Shown here: positions 49,083 through 58,750 of the stretch, one piece after another | Layout: each line of letters begins with the position of its first letter | Numbering within the stretch: position 1 is the stretch's first letter | NCBI GenBank assembly: GCA_003482855.1 | Contig: DMXO01000004.1 | Location: forward strand, 58,224-122,223 | Direction of reading: 5' to 3' | DNA from: Candidatus Magasanikiibacteriota bacterium | GTDB taxonomy: Bacteria > Patescibacteriota > Patescibacteriia > Magasanikbacterales > UBA922 | Length of the DNA stretch: 64,000 nt | Program-made: the position numbers and the translations under genes | Notes under the pieces: model-generated | Told to the model about the DNA's origin: nothing | Databases searched by the model: none | What the model saw: only the letters and a program-made list of their open reading frames with translations

Positions 49083-49125
49083 CACCTGTTGGGAGGTGTT
49101 GTTTACAGGATTGTTTAGTAGTAAT

Positions 49126-49644
49126 TTACAAAATAATCTCTACGCTTGTAGGCAATTTTTCTTTGATGATGTTTAGGTCAAGTGTTGAGTAATTATTGCC
49201 CGAGATGTTGAGTATTTTTATTTTTTTTAAATTTCCCAGCTCATAAGGTAACCCCGTCAGTTCGTTGTTTGATAGATCAAGTATCTCTAAATTTTGCAAT
49301 TGACCTATTTCTGCAGGAACACCTGTCATGTTATTGTTATTTGCTTTTAATACTTTGAGATTTTGTAAGTGTCTGATTTCAGCTTGTATCGCGCCAGTTA
49401 GTTGGTTATTGGCGACATCGAGTTCTTCTAAATTTGTTTGTTTAAAAACATATTCAGGAATTTTTTTCAATTGTTGATTACTGAGGTTTAGTTTATTTGA
49501 AGGTATCTTATTTTCTGATGTTGATTTGCTGTCAGTAGGTTTCACCCCCTGGTCAGTACTTGTCGTCGGCTTTTGTTGTCCCAACAAAGTACAGCCCCCT
49601 AACCACAGGGTCATAAAAACGACTAAAAAAATTGCGTATTTCAT
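49126..49644 (-). CDS. Leucine-rich-repeat lipoprotein
   Basis: Signal peptide with LGGC lipobox; tandem LxxLxLxxNxLTGxP LRR units; 172 aa. Confidence 0.7.
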   Translation of the reverse strand: MKYAIFLVVFMTLWLGGCTLLGQQKPTTSTDQGVKPTDSKSTSENKIPSNKLNLSNQQLKKIPEYVFKQTNLEELDVANNQLTGAIQAEIRHLQNLKVLKANNNNMTGVPAEIGQLQNLEILDLSNNELTGLPYELGNLKKIKILNISGNNYSTLDLNIIKEKLPTSVEIIL

Positions 49645-49667
49645 ATATTGTTGGGTTAGATATTATT

Positions 49668-50213
49668 TTACTTCAAGAACCATTCGTGTATCCTCGTTTC
49701 ATGGGCAAGTTCAGGGTGAAAGCTTGAAGCCAACATATTTTCTTGTTCAAGGAGTACAGGTTCATTGTCATGTGTCACTAATACTTTAACATCACTACCA
49801 TGAGATGTAAACCGCGGTGCACGGATAAATATTCCTTTGAGATTGGGGAATTGTTTTGATACTAAATCGGCAGAAAATGAGTCAAGTTGGGCGCCATAGC
49901 CATTTCTTTCCACTTTTATATCCATGCCAAATTTGGAAAGTAAAATTGCGCCGGCGCAGGTTCCAAAAACTTTTAATTTTTTATTTTTTCCGCTAGGAAC
50001 GGATATTTTTTCATTGAGAACATCCCACATATCAAAATCTTTGAGAAGTTTTGTCATAGTGGTAGATTCACCGCCAGGGATGATGATGTGCGTGAGATTT
50101 TGTAATTGTTCTTTTGAACGTACCAAAGAATAATCCACGTGTAGTTTTTGTAGGATTTTCTCGTGTTCGATGATGGAGCCTTGGATTGCAAGGATACCGA
50201 TGTTTTGTCCCAT
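49668..50213 (-). CDS. pdxT: Pyridoxal 5'-phosphate synthase glutaminase subunit
   Basis: Class I glutamine amidotransferase with catalytic Cys (GTCAG) and His/Glu; start at MGQNIGILAIQG. Confidence 0.85.
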   Translation of the reverse strand: MGQNIGILAIQGSIIEHEKILQKLHVDYSLVRSKEQLQNLTHIIIPGGESTTMTKLLKDFDMWDVLNEKISVPSGKNKKLKVFGTCAGAILLSKFGMDIKVERNGYGAQLDSFSADLVSKQFPNLKGIFIRAPRFTSHGSDVKVLVTHDNEPVLLEQENMLASSFHPELAHETRIHEWFLK

Positions 50214-50248
50214 ATAAATAATAACTCCATGGTGGCGATACACTGTTT

Positions 50249-51112
50249 TTAACGACCAGCAAATTTTGTTTCAAGTTTATCAATCTCAAGACTTTTCATC
50301 GTGTTGCCAAGTCCTGTGGAAACTTCGGCAATAATTTCAGGTTTGTCAAAGTTCATAGTTGCCTTGACAATCGCGCTCGCCATTTTCTCAGGATTTTCAG
50401 CTCCAAAGATACCTGATCCGACAAATATACCTTCTGCTCCCATTTGCATCATCATAGCAGCATCAGATGGCGTTGCAATACCTCCTGCGACGAACATGAC
50501 AACAGGTAATTTCTTTTGTTCAAAGACTGCTTGTACAATATCTGTGGGTACACGATATTCAGCAGCCTTTTCTTTAATGTTATGTGGAGTTAATTCTGCA
50601 ATTTCGCGTTGTATTTTTCTCAAGTGTCGCACTGCTTCTACCACATTGCCTGTGCCTGCTTCACCCTTTGTTCTGATCATGGCTGCGCCTTCGTGGATCC
50701 TGCGTACAGCTTCCCCCAAATTTCTACATCCACATACGAAGGGGAGTCTAAATTTGTTTTTTTCAATATGAAATTCTTCATCTGCTGGCGTAAGTACTTC
50801 GGATTCATCTATATAGTCAATGTCGAGATTTTCGAGTATCTGCGCCTCGACAAAATGTCCAATACGCACTTTTGCCATAACAGGGATTGTGACAGATTTT
50901 TTGATGTCGAGGATCATTTGTGGGTCAGACATACGGGCTACACCTCCATCCTCTCTAATTTTGGATGGGATACGCTCGAGTGCCATGACAGCCACAGCGC
51001 CGGCAGCCTCGGCTATCCTGGCTTGTTCAGCATTCATAACGTCCATAATGACACCGCCTTTGAGCATTTGGGCTAGCCCAGATTTTAGTTCAAATGTATT
51101 TTTTTGTTCCAT
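50249..51112 (-). CDS. pdxS: Pyridoxal 5'-phosphate synthase lyase subunit
   Basis: Highly conserved PdxS/SNZ sequence (GGVIMDV...AEAAGA...). Confidence 0.92.
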   Translation of the reverse strand: MEQKNTFELKSGLAQMLKGGVIMDVMNAEQARIAEAAGAVAVMALERIPSKIREDGGVARMSDPQMILDIKKSVTIPVMAKVRIGHFVEAQILENLDIDYIDESEVLTPADEEFHIEKNKFRLPFVCGCRNLGEAVRRIHEGAAMIRTKGEAGTGNVVEAVRHLRKIQREIAELTPHNIKEKAAEYRVPTDIVQAVFEQKKLPVVMFVAGGIATPSDAAMMMQMGAEGIFVGSGIFGAENPEKMASAIVKATMNFDKPEIIAEVSTGLGNTMKSLEIDKLETKFAGR

Positions 51113-51201
51113 ACTTTTGTGTAGTTAAGGCTTGATTTGGTCTCCGAATCATACTATAATTGTTTTGCCTTTTCAAGGGGCATTTATTATATATATCTAG
51201 T

Positions 51202-51936
51202 ATGTCAGGTCATTCTAAGTGGCACAATATTCAAGCAAAAAAGGGGAAAGCTGATAAAGCGCGCAGTAACGTGTTTACCAAAATTGCACGCATGATTACT
51301 GTTGCTGTCCAGCAAGGTGGTGGCGATTCAACTATGAATTTTACTTTACGTTTGGCAATAGACAAGGCAAAAGCTGCAAATATGCCAAAGGAAAATATTG
51401 ATCGGGCTATTAAGCGAGGGACAGGTGAGCTAGATGATGGTACTACTTTGCAAGAGTTATTGTACGAAGGGTTCGGGCCAGGTGGAGTCGCGATACTTGT
51501 CGAAGTGGTGACTGATAATCCAAACAGAAGTGCCTCTGAGGTCAAAAATGTTTTTTCAAAAAAAGGAGGTTCAATGGGTGGCCCGGGGTCAGTGAAGTGG
51601 CAATTTAGTCGCCTTGGTGTGGTACGCCTTGGCACTAATGAAAAGTTGAAAATAGAAAACAAGAAGTCGGATTTTGAATTAGCACTTATTGAGGCTGGCG
51701 CTGATGACATAGAAGAGAGTGAAATGGGAATTGAAATAAGATGTGCTGTTGAAAAGTTTAAAAATGTTTTGGATGTAGTACAATCGTTTGGTTTAGAGCC
51801 TGATGATTCTGGCTTGCAATGGATAGCAAAAGAAGATGTAAGTATAGATGCCGAAACAAGCGCAAAAGTACAACAATTGTATGATGCGTTTGATGAACTG
51901 GATGATGTGCGCGAGGTATATACGAATGAGGCATGA
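51202..51936 (+). CDS. YebC/PmpR-family transcriptional regulatory protein
   Basis: MSGHSKWHNIQ(A)KKG N-terminus is diagnostic; start moved from TTG 51160 to ATG 51202. Confidence 0.9.
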   Translation: MSGHSKWHNIQAKKGKADKARSNVFTKIARMITVAVQQGGGDSTMNFTLRLAIDKAKAANMPKENIDRAIKRGTGELDDGTTLQELLYEGFGPGGVAILVEVVTDNPNRSASEVKNVFSKKGGSMGGPGSVKWQFSRLGVVRLGTNEKLKIENKKSDFELALIEAGADDIEESEMGIEIRCAVEKFKNVLDVVQSFGLEPDDSGLQWIAKEDVSIDAETSAKVQQLYDAFDELDDVREVYTNEA

Positions 51937-51999
51937 TTAAAATTTTGAAATTAATTCATTAAAAATTGTTTCGAAATTAGAAATTAAAAATTCGAAATT

Positions 52000-52512
52000 A
52001 TGCCAGGTAAAATGGTAGGACATAGAATTTTGGGTATTGATCCCGGCTTTGGTCGTACCGGTTTTGGTATTATTGAAAAGGTAGGTGGCGATTGGAAGCT
52101 TGTAGATTATGGATGTATAGAGACATCTACAAAAGATATATTTGTTCAGAGATTAGAGGAATTGAGTATCCAATTGACCAATATAGTAAAGAAATATAAG
52201 CCAACACACGCTGCAGTAGAGGAGTTATTTTTTGCGAAAAATGTTACCACTGCAATCAAAGTGGGGCAGGCACGTGGAGTTATTTTGCTTACCCTGCGTC
52301 AGGCGCGGGTTCCCGTCTTTGAATTTACGCCGTTGCAAGTCAAGCAGAGTGTAACTGGGTATGGACGTGCAGAAAAAGGACAACTACAACGTATGGTGAA
52401 GATGTTGCTTGGTCTCAAAAAACCAATTACACAAGATGATGCAGCAGACGCGCTTGCAGTCGCATTGACATGTGCCTCTTCGCTCAAGATGTCTGCCGTG
52501 TTTAGAAAATGA
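52000..52512 (+). CDS. ruvC: Crossover junction endodeoxyribonuclease RuvC
   Basis: ILGIDPGFGRTGFGII N-terminus with catalytic Asp; true start possibly ATG 52012 (MVGHRILGID). Confidence 0.85.
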   Translation: MPGKMVGHRILGIDPGFGRTGFGIIEKVGGDWKLVDYGCIETSTKDIFVQRLEELSIQLTNIVKKYKPTHAAVEELFFAKNVTTAIKVGQARGVILLTLRQARVPVFEFTPLQVKQSVTGYGRAEKGQLQRMVKMLLGLKKPITQDDAADALAVALTCASSLKMSAVFRK

Positions 52513-52616
52513 ATTTTTGTCCCCATTAAATTTATATGATATACTATATATATCATATTTTTATTATCTATTTTGTTAGATTATTTTTCTATATAATTTA
52601 AATTAATTATATTTTT

Positions 52617-55600
52617 ATGATAAAAAAACATCTGAAAGAAATGAAACTATACTATATAGTTTCATTAGCTTCGTCTTCTTTGCTCGTGGGCATATACACT
52701 GTGCTCATGTTTGGCTATATTTCAGTGCACGCGGGGACAAGTCAAGATGGGTCATTTACTATCACTCCAGTCACCTCGACCTATGACAATCTCATAGGAG
52801 CTGATAACACGCGATGGACATTTACTGCGACGACAACAGCAGATTTGGTCCGGGGTGATGTGGTGCAATTTCAATTTCCAACGGTCATGCAGGCAGAACC
52901 GTTTGAAGTAAGTAGCGCGTCAGTTGTTTCTTCAGACAATATTACCCTTTATGAAAGCCTTGCCAATTCACAAAACACAGAGTTATTGACAAATGGAAAT
53001 TTTGAATCAACAACAACAACATACACGCTGTCTAGCTGGTCAGTCACCACTATGGGACCGCCTCCTGTTTCTGCTGGCGCCTCTACTGGCAGGTCAGTTG
53101 ATCCACGTGGGGGTTCGTATGCTTTTGAATTTACAGTTCCTACCAATCCAGCTGGCACTGGCTATGGATTAATGCAATCATATTCTGGCCTGACAGGCGG
53201 AGGTTCGTATACAGGATCATTGTATGCAAAAAGTGCAGATTCTGGTTCTGTGTGTATATCATATGTCAGCGATGATTTTTCAGAGATATATAACTTTACT
53301 TTGTCTTCCTGGGTTTCTTTTGCAGGCTTAAATGGAGATACCATGTCATGTAGTGGCGTACTCAGTGCGACGTATGCGGCAGTAACATTTAGTGCAGTTA
53401 CTGCGTCGTCAAGCGGCCAGATGGTTGCCGTAGTTGCTGGTAGTGGAACTAGTGGCGGAGAACAGATTATTATTGATGATTTTTCACTTGTGCTCGATGG
53501 CGGGGGCGATGCAGCACAGAATGGCGGGCTTGAAACGTGGACAGGCCAGGATGTACCTACTAGTTGGACAGATGATTCAGAAGACAATTCAAGCCGCAAT
53601 ATATCTACAACTACGGTGCATGGTGGACAGTATTCCTTGGTATTACAAACAGGCCAGACTGGTACTAAAGCGATAACATATCAAGTGCTCACTGGCTTGA
53701 CTCCAGGGGCAACCATTGATGCAAGTGTATATGAATATGATACCAATGGACAAGGTTATTTCATCGTACTCAATAATCAAGTTGAATCACAGACACAAGC
53801 ATGGAATTTCGTCACGAACCAATGGGATGCTAATACAAGCACTATGGGTAATTTGTGGGGCGGTGGTAATTATAGTTTGGCTTTGAGTTCGCGAAATACA
53901 TGGGCGCAGTTTAGCGAAAGTATGACAGCGCCAGCTAATGGCATTATGTACATATATCTCGTAACTGGCACAACAAATGGTTCTGTAGTATATATTGATG
54001 ATGCATCTTTTTTGGTAGGTAGTCAGAGTGGTAGTGATGTTGCGGGAGTTGGTAATAATTATATAAATGACGTACCTATTGTATATGGTATTGTGAGTAG
54101 CACTATTGCTGCGGGAACGCAGATCAGTGTGACTGTAGGTGGCATAGATAACGCGGCTGGGAATTTACAAAATATGCAAGATTTAGAGTTTCAGATTCTT
54201 GCGGGCACACCGAGCAATAGTGAACAGCCATGGAGTACATTGAGTAGTGAAAAATTCAATAAGACAGCGACTCATTCTCTGGTACGTGCAGGGACAGCGA
54301 TTGTTTCAGATTCAAATTCATCTATTATGTCGAGCTCATATGAGACAAGCGCGACGAATGTGGATTATACATTTGGGTTTACCGCATCGAGCAGTCTCGC
54401 AGTAGGGGACAAAATTGTGGTGAATTTTCCCGCAGAATATAGTATGAATGGTCTTACCGTAAGTACGACTGCAGAAATAAATAGCAAGGGGACTACAATT
54501 GGAAGTTTCGCTACATCTACAAGTTTTGGACGTAATCAGATCATCTTGACGCTTGCGGCCACGTCGACAGATCCAGGCGATGCAATCACGGTGACTATTG
54601 GCGATCTCACCAATCCCAGCACCGCAGATGTATATAGGCCATTCTATATATATACTGCAAAAGCAAATGGCGGTCTTGTGGATGGTTCATATTATGGGTT
54701 TGAACAGAGTGATTATGCGACAGTGTCACCAGTCGATACTGTTCATATCGGAGGTACCAATGATATTGTTATAACCGTGCAAAAAACGACGACCACAACT
54801 ACGCGCATATTGGAAGGCGCAGAGCTGGCGCAGGTGCGTGTGGGTGTAGGGTGTCCAGACAAAGGATTTTTTGTGGGAAGCAGATTTTTGGATAGCAATG
54901 CTCAGGTGACATTTAATAATTTACTTGATTGCAATTACATGATAGGCGTTGAACCTTTGGATGGTACTGGTGACGCGTCATTTTTCCAAAATTATTTACC
55001 CCCCTCTTTCAAACAAGTGCCTGCGTTTGGAGATCAATCTGTGTCTACCACGCTTACGTTTGGCACGCCAGATGGGTTCATAGTAGGTGCGCTTACCAAT
55101 GCGGTTGTAGGACAAGAGATAGAGGTACGGGCCTACACAACAGAATATGAATCATGGGGTGAAGTATTTACTGCTACAAATTATGTAACACCTGGTGTAA
55201 ACGGAAGTAATGTTGGCTATTTTAAGATTCCTGTAAAAAGTGGTTCAAATTGGAAATTGAGTGTAGAGAGCCAGTCTCTTGATGGGGGCACATCAAAATT
55301 TTGGCCACCAACCATACCATCGGTATATGTTGCGCAGGCAGGCACAGTCAATATAGGATCCCATGCATATATAGAGGCAAATAAAGATTTGGTAGTGACG
55401 CTCGCAAAAGTTGGCGGTGGATCTGTGCAAGATGCGTGTGTTGGTGTGAAGTCAAATTCAGCAAGTATGTTTATGCCACCGCGTGATGTTGTGTGTCAGC
55501 CAAATGGTACTGGCGGGAACACAGGAAAGTATGTATTTAAGGTTCCCCAAGGTTCAGTGCTCATCAATGTCATGCGTCCGGGTAAAGGAATGCCGGAAGA

Positions 55601-58600
55601 ATATCCTATAGCTGTCGGGGCAAGCGGTGCGACAAAGACAATTTATTTATCAGCTCCAGACACATATATTTCAGTTTCTGTGGTAGATGGAGAGGGCAAT
55701 GCAATATCTGGCGCTCCTATATTTGCTCAAGGGTCTAATGGTTTTTCTCAAGACGTGACCGGCTCTGGTGGTACCACAACGCTCTTCATTGCTGCAGGTA
55801 CTTATCGCCTCGAAGGATTTGCGCCAGGTCTTGGACCGCTTACGTCATGGACAGAAAATTCGGGCACGGCAAATGATGGTACAGTTGTAGTTTCGTCTGG
55901 TGTAAATCCAAGTGTTACCGCTACAGTCAATACAGCAAACTTTAGACAAGTGACAGGTACTGTGACCGCAGGTGGATCTGGTATCGGGGGCGTAAAGATC
56001 GGAGCTCGTGGCATCAATGGTACAAGTGGTGGTAATGGCACAGAGACAAATTCCAATGGCACGTATATGTTGTATTTACCAACAGCAGGTTATTATGAAG
56101 TTGGCGGTTGGTCAGATGAGACAGGCGGCCTGCCTCCACAAAATGTCAATGTGACGAATGGTAATGCAACAGCAAATTGGTCACTCAATGGACAAGGCAC
56201 TCTTCGATTTGAAATTTCAAACGCATCCAACATTACCCCATTGTTTGGAGGAGCTTTTGATCCATCTACTGGTCGTGGCAATGGTACAGAATCATGGACA
56301 ACAAGCGGTACGACCAAGATAGCACAATTTAATTTGTCTGCTGGCTCATATGAGGCGCATGTTGGCTCTCCTATGATAGGTCCTCTTGTTGAGGGAGAGA
56401 CAGTGACTGTGACTCAAGGTGAGACAGTTATTGTTACGGCGGATGTAAGTTCTCTAGGCGAATTGGTCACATTGAGTGGTACAGTGACTGATGGCACTAA
56501 TCCATTGTTAGGGGTCACTGTGTGGGCGTCACGTATCAATGGCCCAGGACATTATGAAACAGAAACAGATGATAACGGAGATTATAGTCTCAATGTGCCC
56601 GATCTTCGTACGTATATGGTTGGGGCTCGTGAGCTCGGCTATATATCTGCAAGCGGTGATGTAGAAGTTTCTGTAGATGGCAATACAACCGAGGATTTTA
56701 CTATGACTGAGGCAGCTTCCACTATCACTGGACAAGTGACTTCAGGTGGCGTTTCAGTATCGTGTGTATGGATAGACGCACGTAAGATAGTTAGTGGTTT
56801 TGATGCATGGGCAGGGGCTCCGACAGACAATGGAGGTAATTATGAGTTGAGTGTGGATAATGGCACATGGATATTGTATGCCAATGGACCAGATGGATAT
56901 AGAAAACAGGTGGGACAGACAACCGTGACTGATGAAAGTCGAACAGTAAATATCAGCCTTAGTGATTTTAATGGGTGTGTATTTAAACAGCCGGATTTAC
57001 ACGCAATTAGTGATGTAAGTGGCGGACAGGTAGCTACAGAAAAAGTTACCTTAGATATACCTGCAAATGCTTTGGGCACAAGCCAGAGTACGGTAAGTGT
57101 CTCTGTGTCAGATGCAGATTTGATAGTGGGTTCTTCAGGAGCTACCCCGCTCGCAACTTCCACAATTACACTCGAAGCTACTGATAGTAATGGACAATCA
57201 GTAAGTTCTTTTAATCAATGTATTAATATTACTCTGTCATACGATGAAACGAGTTTGCCTATAGGATTTGATGAATCAGAATTGCAGTTTGGATATTGGG
57301 ATAGTACTGAAGGACGATGGAAGACAGAAGCAGCTACAGTCAACACAACTCTCGACACTATGACTGCATGTGTAAATCACTTTACTGATTTCGGACCAGT
57401 GTTACCAGGTGTGCCAGACGCACCATCTAGTGTATCTGCCACAGCTGCATCGGCCAGTCAAATCAATCTTACTTGGGATGCAGAAGAGAGTGCTGATTCA
57501 TACATCATTTATCGCAACACAACAGGTAACACGACATTTACCGCAGGTGACCAAATTGGTACTACGTCAGATACGAGCTATAGCGATACTGCGCTTAGTG
57601 CACAAACAACATATTATTATGAAGTCGCAGGAGTCAATGAAAATGGCGAAGGATTCAATTCTGATACTGCCAATGCAACTACTCAAGCGGCCGCTGTAAG
57701 CAATAGTCCTGGTAGTTCGGGGAGCGGGTCTACTCCAGCCAATCCTCCTCAGCTTCCTGCCGGTGAGAAAGGCATTGTGATAAATAATGGTGATGTGCTT
57801 ACTTCATCTCGCAGCGTTACACTCACATTGCATGCGCTCAATGCGACACAAATGGCGATTTCAAATTCGTCAGATTTTACCGGTACATCATTTATTGCAT
57901 ACACCGAAAGTTATGTCTGGTCAGTCACCCATGGCGATGGAGAAAAGATGGTGTATGTGAAATTTAGAGCCGCTGACGGAAGCACTCTCGTTGTGCAGGA
58001 TATGATTGAACTTACAGGTCAGGGATTTGACCAATATTCTGCCAAGGCAAATTGTCCAATTGATACAGAAAAAGCATACAAATATGTAGGTAACTCTGGA
58101 GTTTACTTTATTACGAGCGATTGTACCAAACGTCCATTCAAGGATGAGGCAAAATTTTTCTCTTATTTTAATTCTTGGTCACATGTCAAAATGATATCCA
58201 AAGATACATTGGATGATATACCTCTTGACACGCTCGGCTTCATGCCATGGGGTCCGCTTCATGATCCCAAATATGGCGCAATTGTGAAGACAGTCACGAG
58301 CCCAAATGTGTATTTACTCTTGGGCAATCAGCGCCATCTCATTGTGAGTGATACTATTTTCACAGCACTTGGGTATGCATGGAACTGGATTGAGGATGTA
58401 GCTTCGTCTCTTATAGACAAGTACAGTGACGCAGACCCAATTGGTAGTTCACAGACACATCCAAATTATGTCTTGATCAAATATCCTAATTCACCACATG
58501 TTTATAGATTGGAACCAGATCCTGTAGATGCCACAAAACAGATTAAACGTAAAATTAAAAATGAGCGTGTTTTTGAACAAAACAAGTTTAGGTGGGATCG

Positions 58601-58655
58601 AGTAGTGGAGGTGGATGCTGAAGAAATATATTCAGATGGCGAATCACTAGAATAA
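52617..58655 (+). CDS. Giant (2012-aa) secreted/cell-surface protein with Ig-like/carbohydrate-binding beta domains and a fibronectin type III domain near the C-terminus
   Basis: N-terminal signal/TM anchor; Thr/Ser/Gly-rich beta-repeat composition; FN3 signature (QINLTWDAEESADSYIIYRN...YYYEVAGVNENGEG). Confidence 0.7.
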   Translation: MIKKHLKEMKLYYIVSLASSSLLVGIYTVLMFGYISVHAGTSQDGSFTITPVTSTYDNLIGADNTRWTFTATTTADLVRGDVVQFQFPTVMQAEPFEVSSASVVSSDNITLYESLANSQNTELLTNGNFESTTTTYTLSSWSVTTMGPPPVSAGASTGRSVDPRGGSYAFEFTVPTNPAGTGYGLMQSYSGLTGGGSYTGSLYAKSADSGSVCISYVSDDFSEIYNFTLSSWVSFAGLNGDTMSCSGVLSATYAAVTFSAVTASSSGQMVAVVAGSGTSGGEQIIIDDFSLVLDGGGDAAQNGGLETWTGQDVPTSWTDDSEDNSSRNISTTTVHGGQYSLVLQTGQTGTKAITYQVLTGLTPGATIDASVYEYDTNGQGYFIVLNNQVESQTQAWNFVTNQWDANTSTMGNLWGGGNYSLALSSRNTWAQFSESMTAPANGIMYIYLVTGTTNGSVVYIDDASFLVGSQSGSDVAGVGNNYINDVPIVYGIVSSTIAAGTQISVTVGGIDNAAGNLQNMQDLEFQILAGTPSNSEQPWSTLSSEKFNKTATHSLVRAGTAIVSDSNSSIMSSSYETSATNVDYTFGFTASSSLAVGDKIVVNFPAEYSMNGLTVSTTAEINSKGTTIGSFATSTSFGRNQIILTLAATSTDPGDAITVTIGDLTNPSTADVYRPFYIYTAKANGGLVDGSYYGFEQSDYATVSPVDTVHIGGTNDIVITVQKTTTTTTRILEGAELAQVRVGVGCPDKGFFVGSRFLDSNAQVTFNNLLDCNYMIGVEPLDGTGDASFFQNYLPPSFKQVPAFGDQSVSTTLTFGTPDGFIVGALTNAVVGQEIEVRAYTTEYESWGEVFTATNYVTPGVNGSNVGYFKIPVKSGSNWKLSVESQSLDGGTSKFWPPTIPSVYVAQAGTVNIGSHAYIEANKDLVVTLAKVGGGSVQDACVGVKSNSASMFMPPRDVVCQPNGTGGNTGKYVFKVPQGSVLINVMRPGKGMPEEYPIAVGASGATKTIYLSAPDTYISVSVVDGEGNAISGAPIFAQGSNGFSQDVTGSGGTTTLFIAAGTYRLEGFAPGLGPLTSWTENSGTANDGTVVVSSGVNPSVTATVNTANFRQVTGTVTAGGSGIGGVKIGARGINGTSGGNGTETNSNGTYMLYLPTAGYYEVGGWSDETGGLPPQNVNVTNGNATANWSLNGQGTLRFEISNASNITPLFGGAFDPSTGRGNGTESWTTSGTTKIAQFNLSAGSYEAHVGSPMIGPLVEGETVTVTQGETVIVTADVSSLGELVTLSGTVTDGTNPLLGVTVWASRINGPGHYETETDDNGDYSLNVPDLRTYMVGARELGYISASGDVEVSVDGNTTEDFTMTEAASTITGQVTSGGVSVSCVWIDARKIVSGFDAWAGAPTDNGGNYELSVDNGTWILYANGPDGYRKQVGQTTVTDESRTVNISLSDFNGCVFKQPDLHAISDVSGGQVATEKVTLDIPANALGTSQSTVSVSVSDADLIVGSSGATPLATSTITLEATDSNGQSVSSFNQCINITLSYDETSLPIGFDESELQFGYWDSTEGRWKTEAATVNTTLDTMTACVNHFTDFGPVLPGVPDAPSSVSATAASASQINLTWDAEESADSYIIYRNTTGNTTFTAGDQIGTTSDTSYSDTALSAQTTYYYEVAGVNENGEGFNSDTANATTQAAAVSNSPGSSGSGSTPANPPQLPAGEKGIVINNGDVLTSSRSVTLTLHALNATQMAISNSSDFTGTSFIAYTESYVWSVTHGDGEKMVYVKFRAADGSTLVVQDMIELTGQGFDQYSAKANCPIDTEKAYKYVGNSGVYFITSDCTKRPFKDEAKFFSYFNSWSHVKMISKDTLDDIPLDTLGFMPWGPLHDPKYGAIVKTVTSPNVYLLLGNQRHLIVSDTIFTALGYAWNWIEDVASSLIDKYSDADPIGSSQTHPNYVLIKYPNSPHVYRLEPDPVDATKQIKRKIKNERVFEQNKFRWDRVVEVDAEEIYSDGESLE

Positions 58656-58671
58656 AAATATATATAAAAAA

Positions 58672-58700
58672 AAGGCCCGGCACAGAACCGGGTCTTTTTA
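58672..58700 (+). terminator. Terminator GCCCGG-cacagaa-CCGGGTCTTTTT
   Basis: Read directly after the stop of the 2012-aa gene. Confidence 0.6.
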
Positions 58701-58750
58701 TCCACTTTTTGACTCAACTGAGTCATTTTTTTGTGGTATACTATACATAC

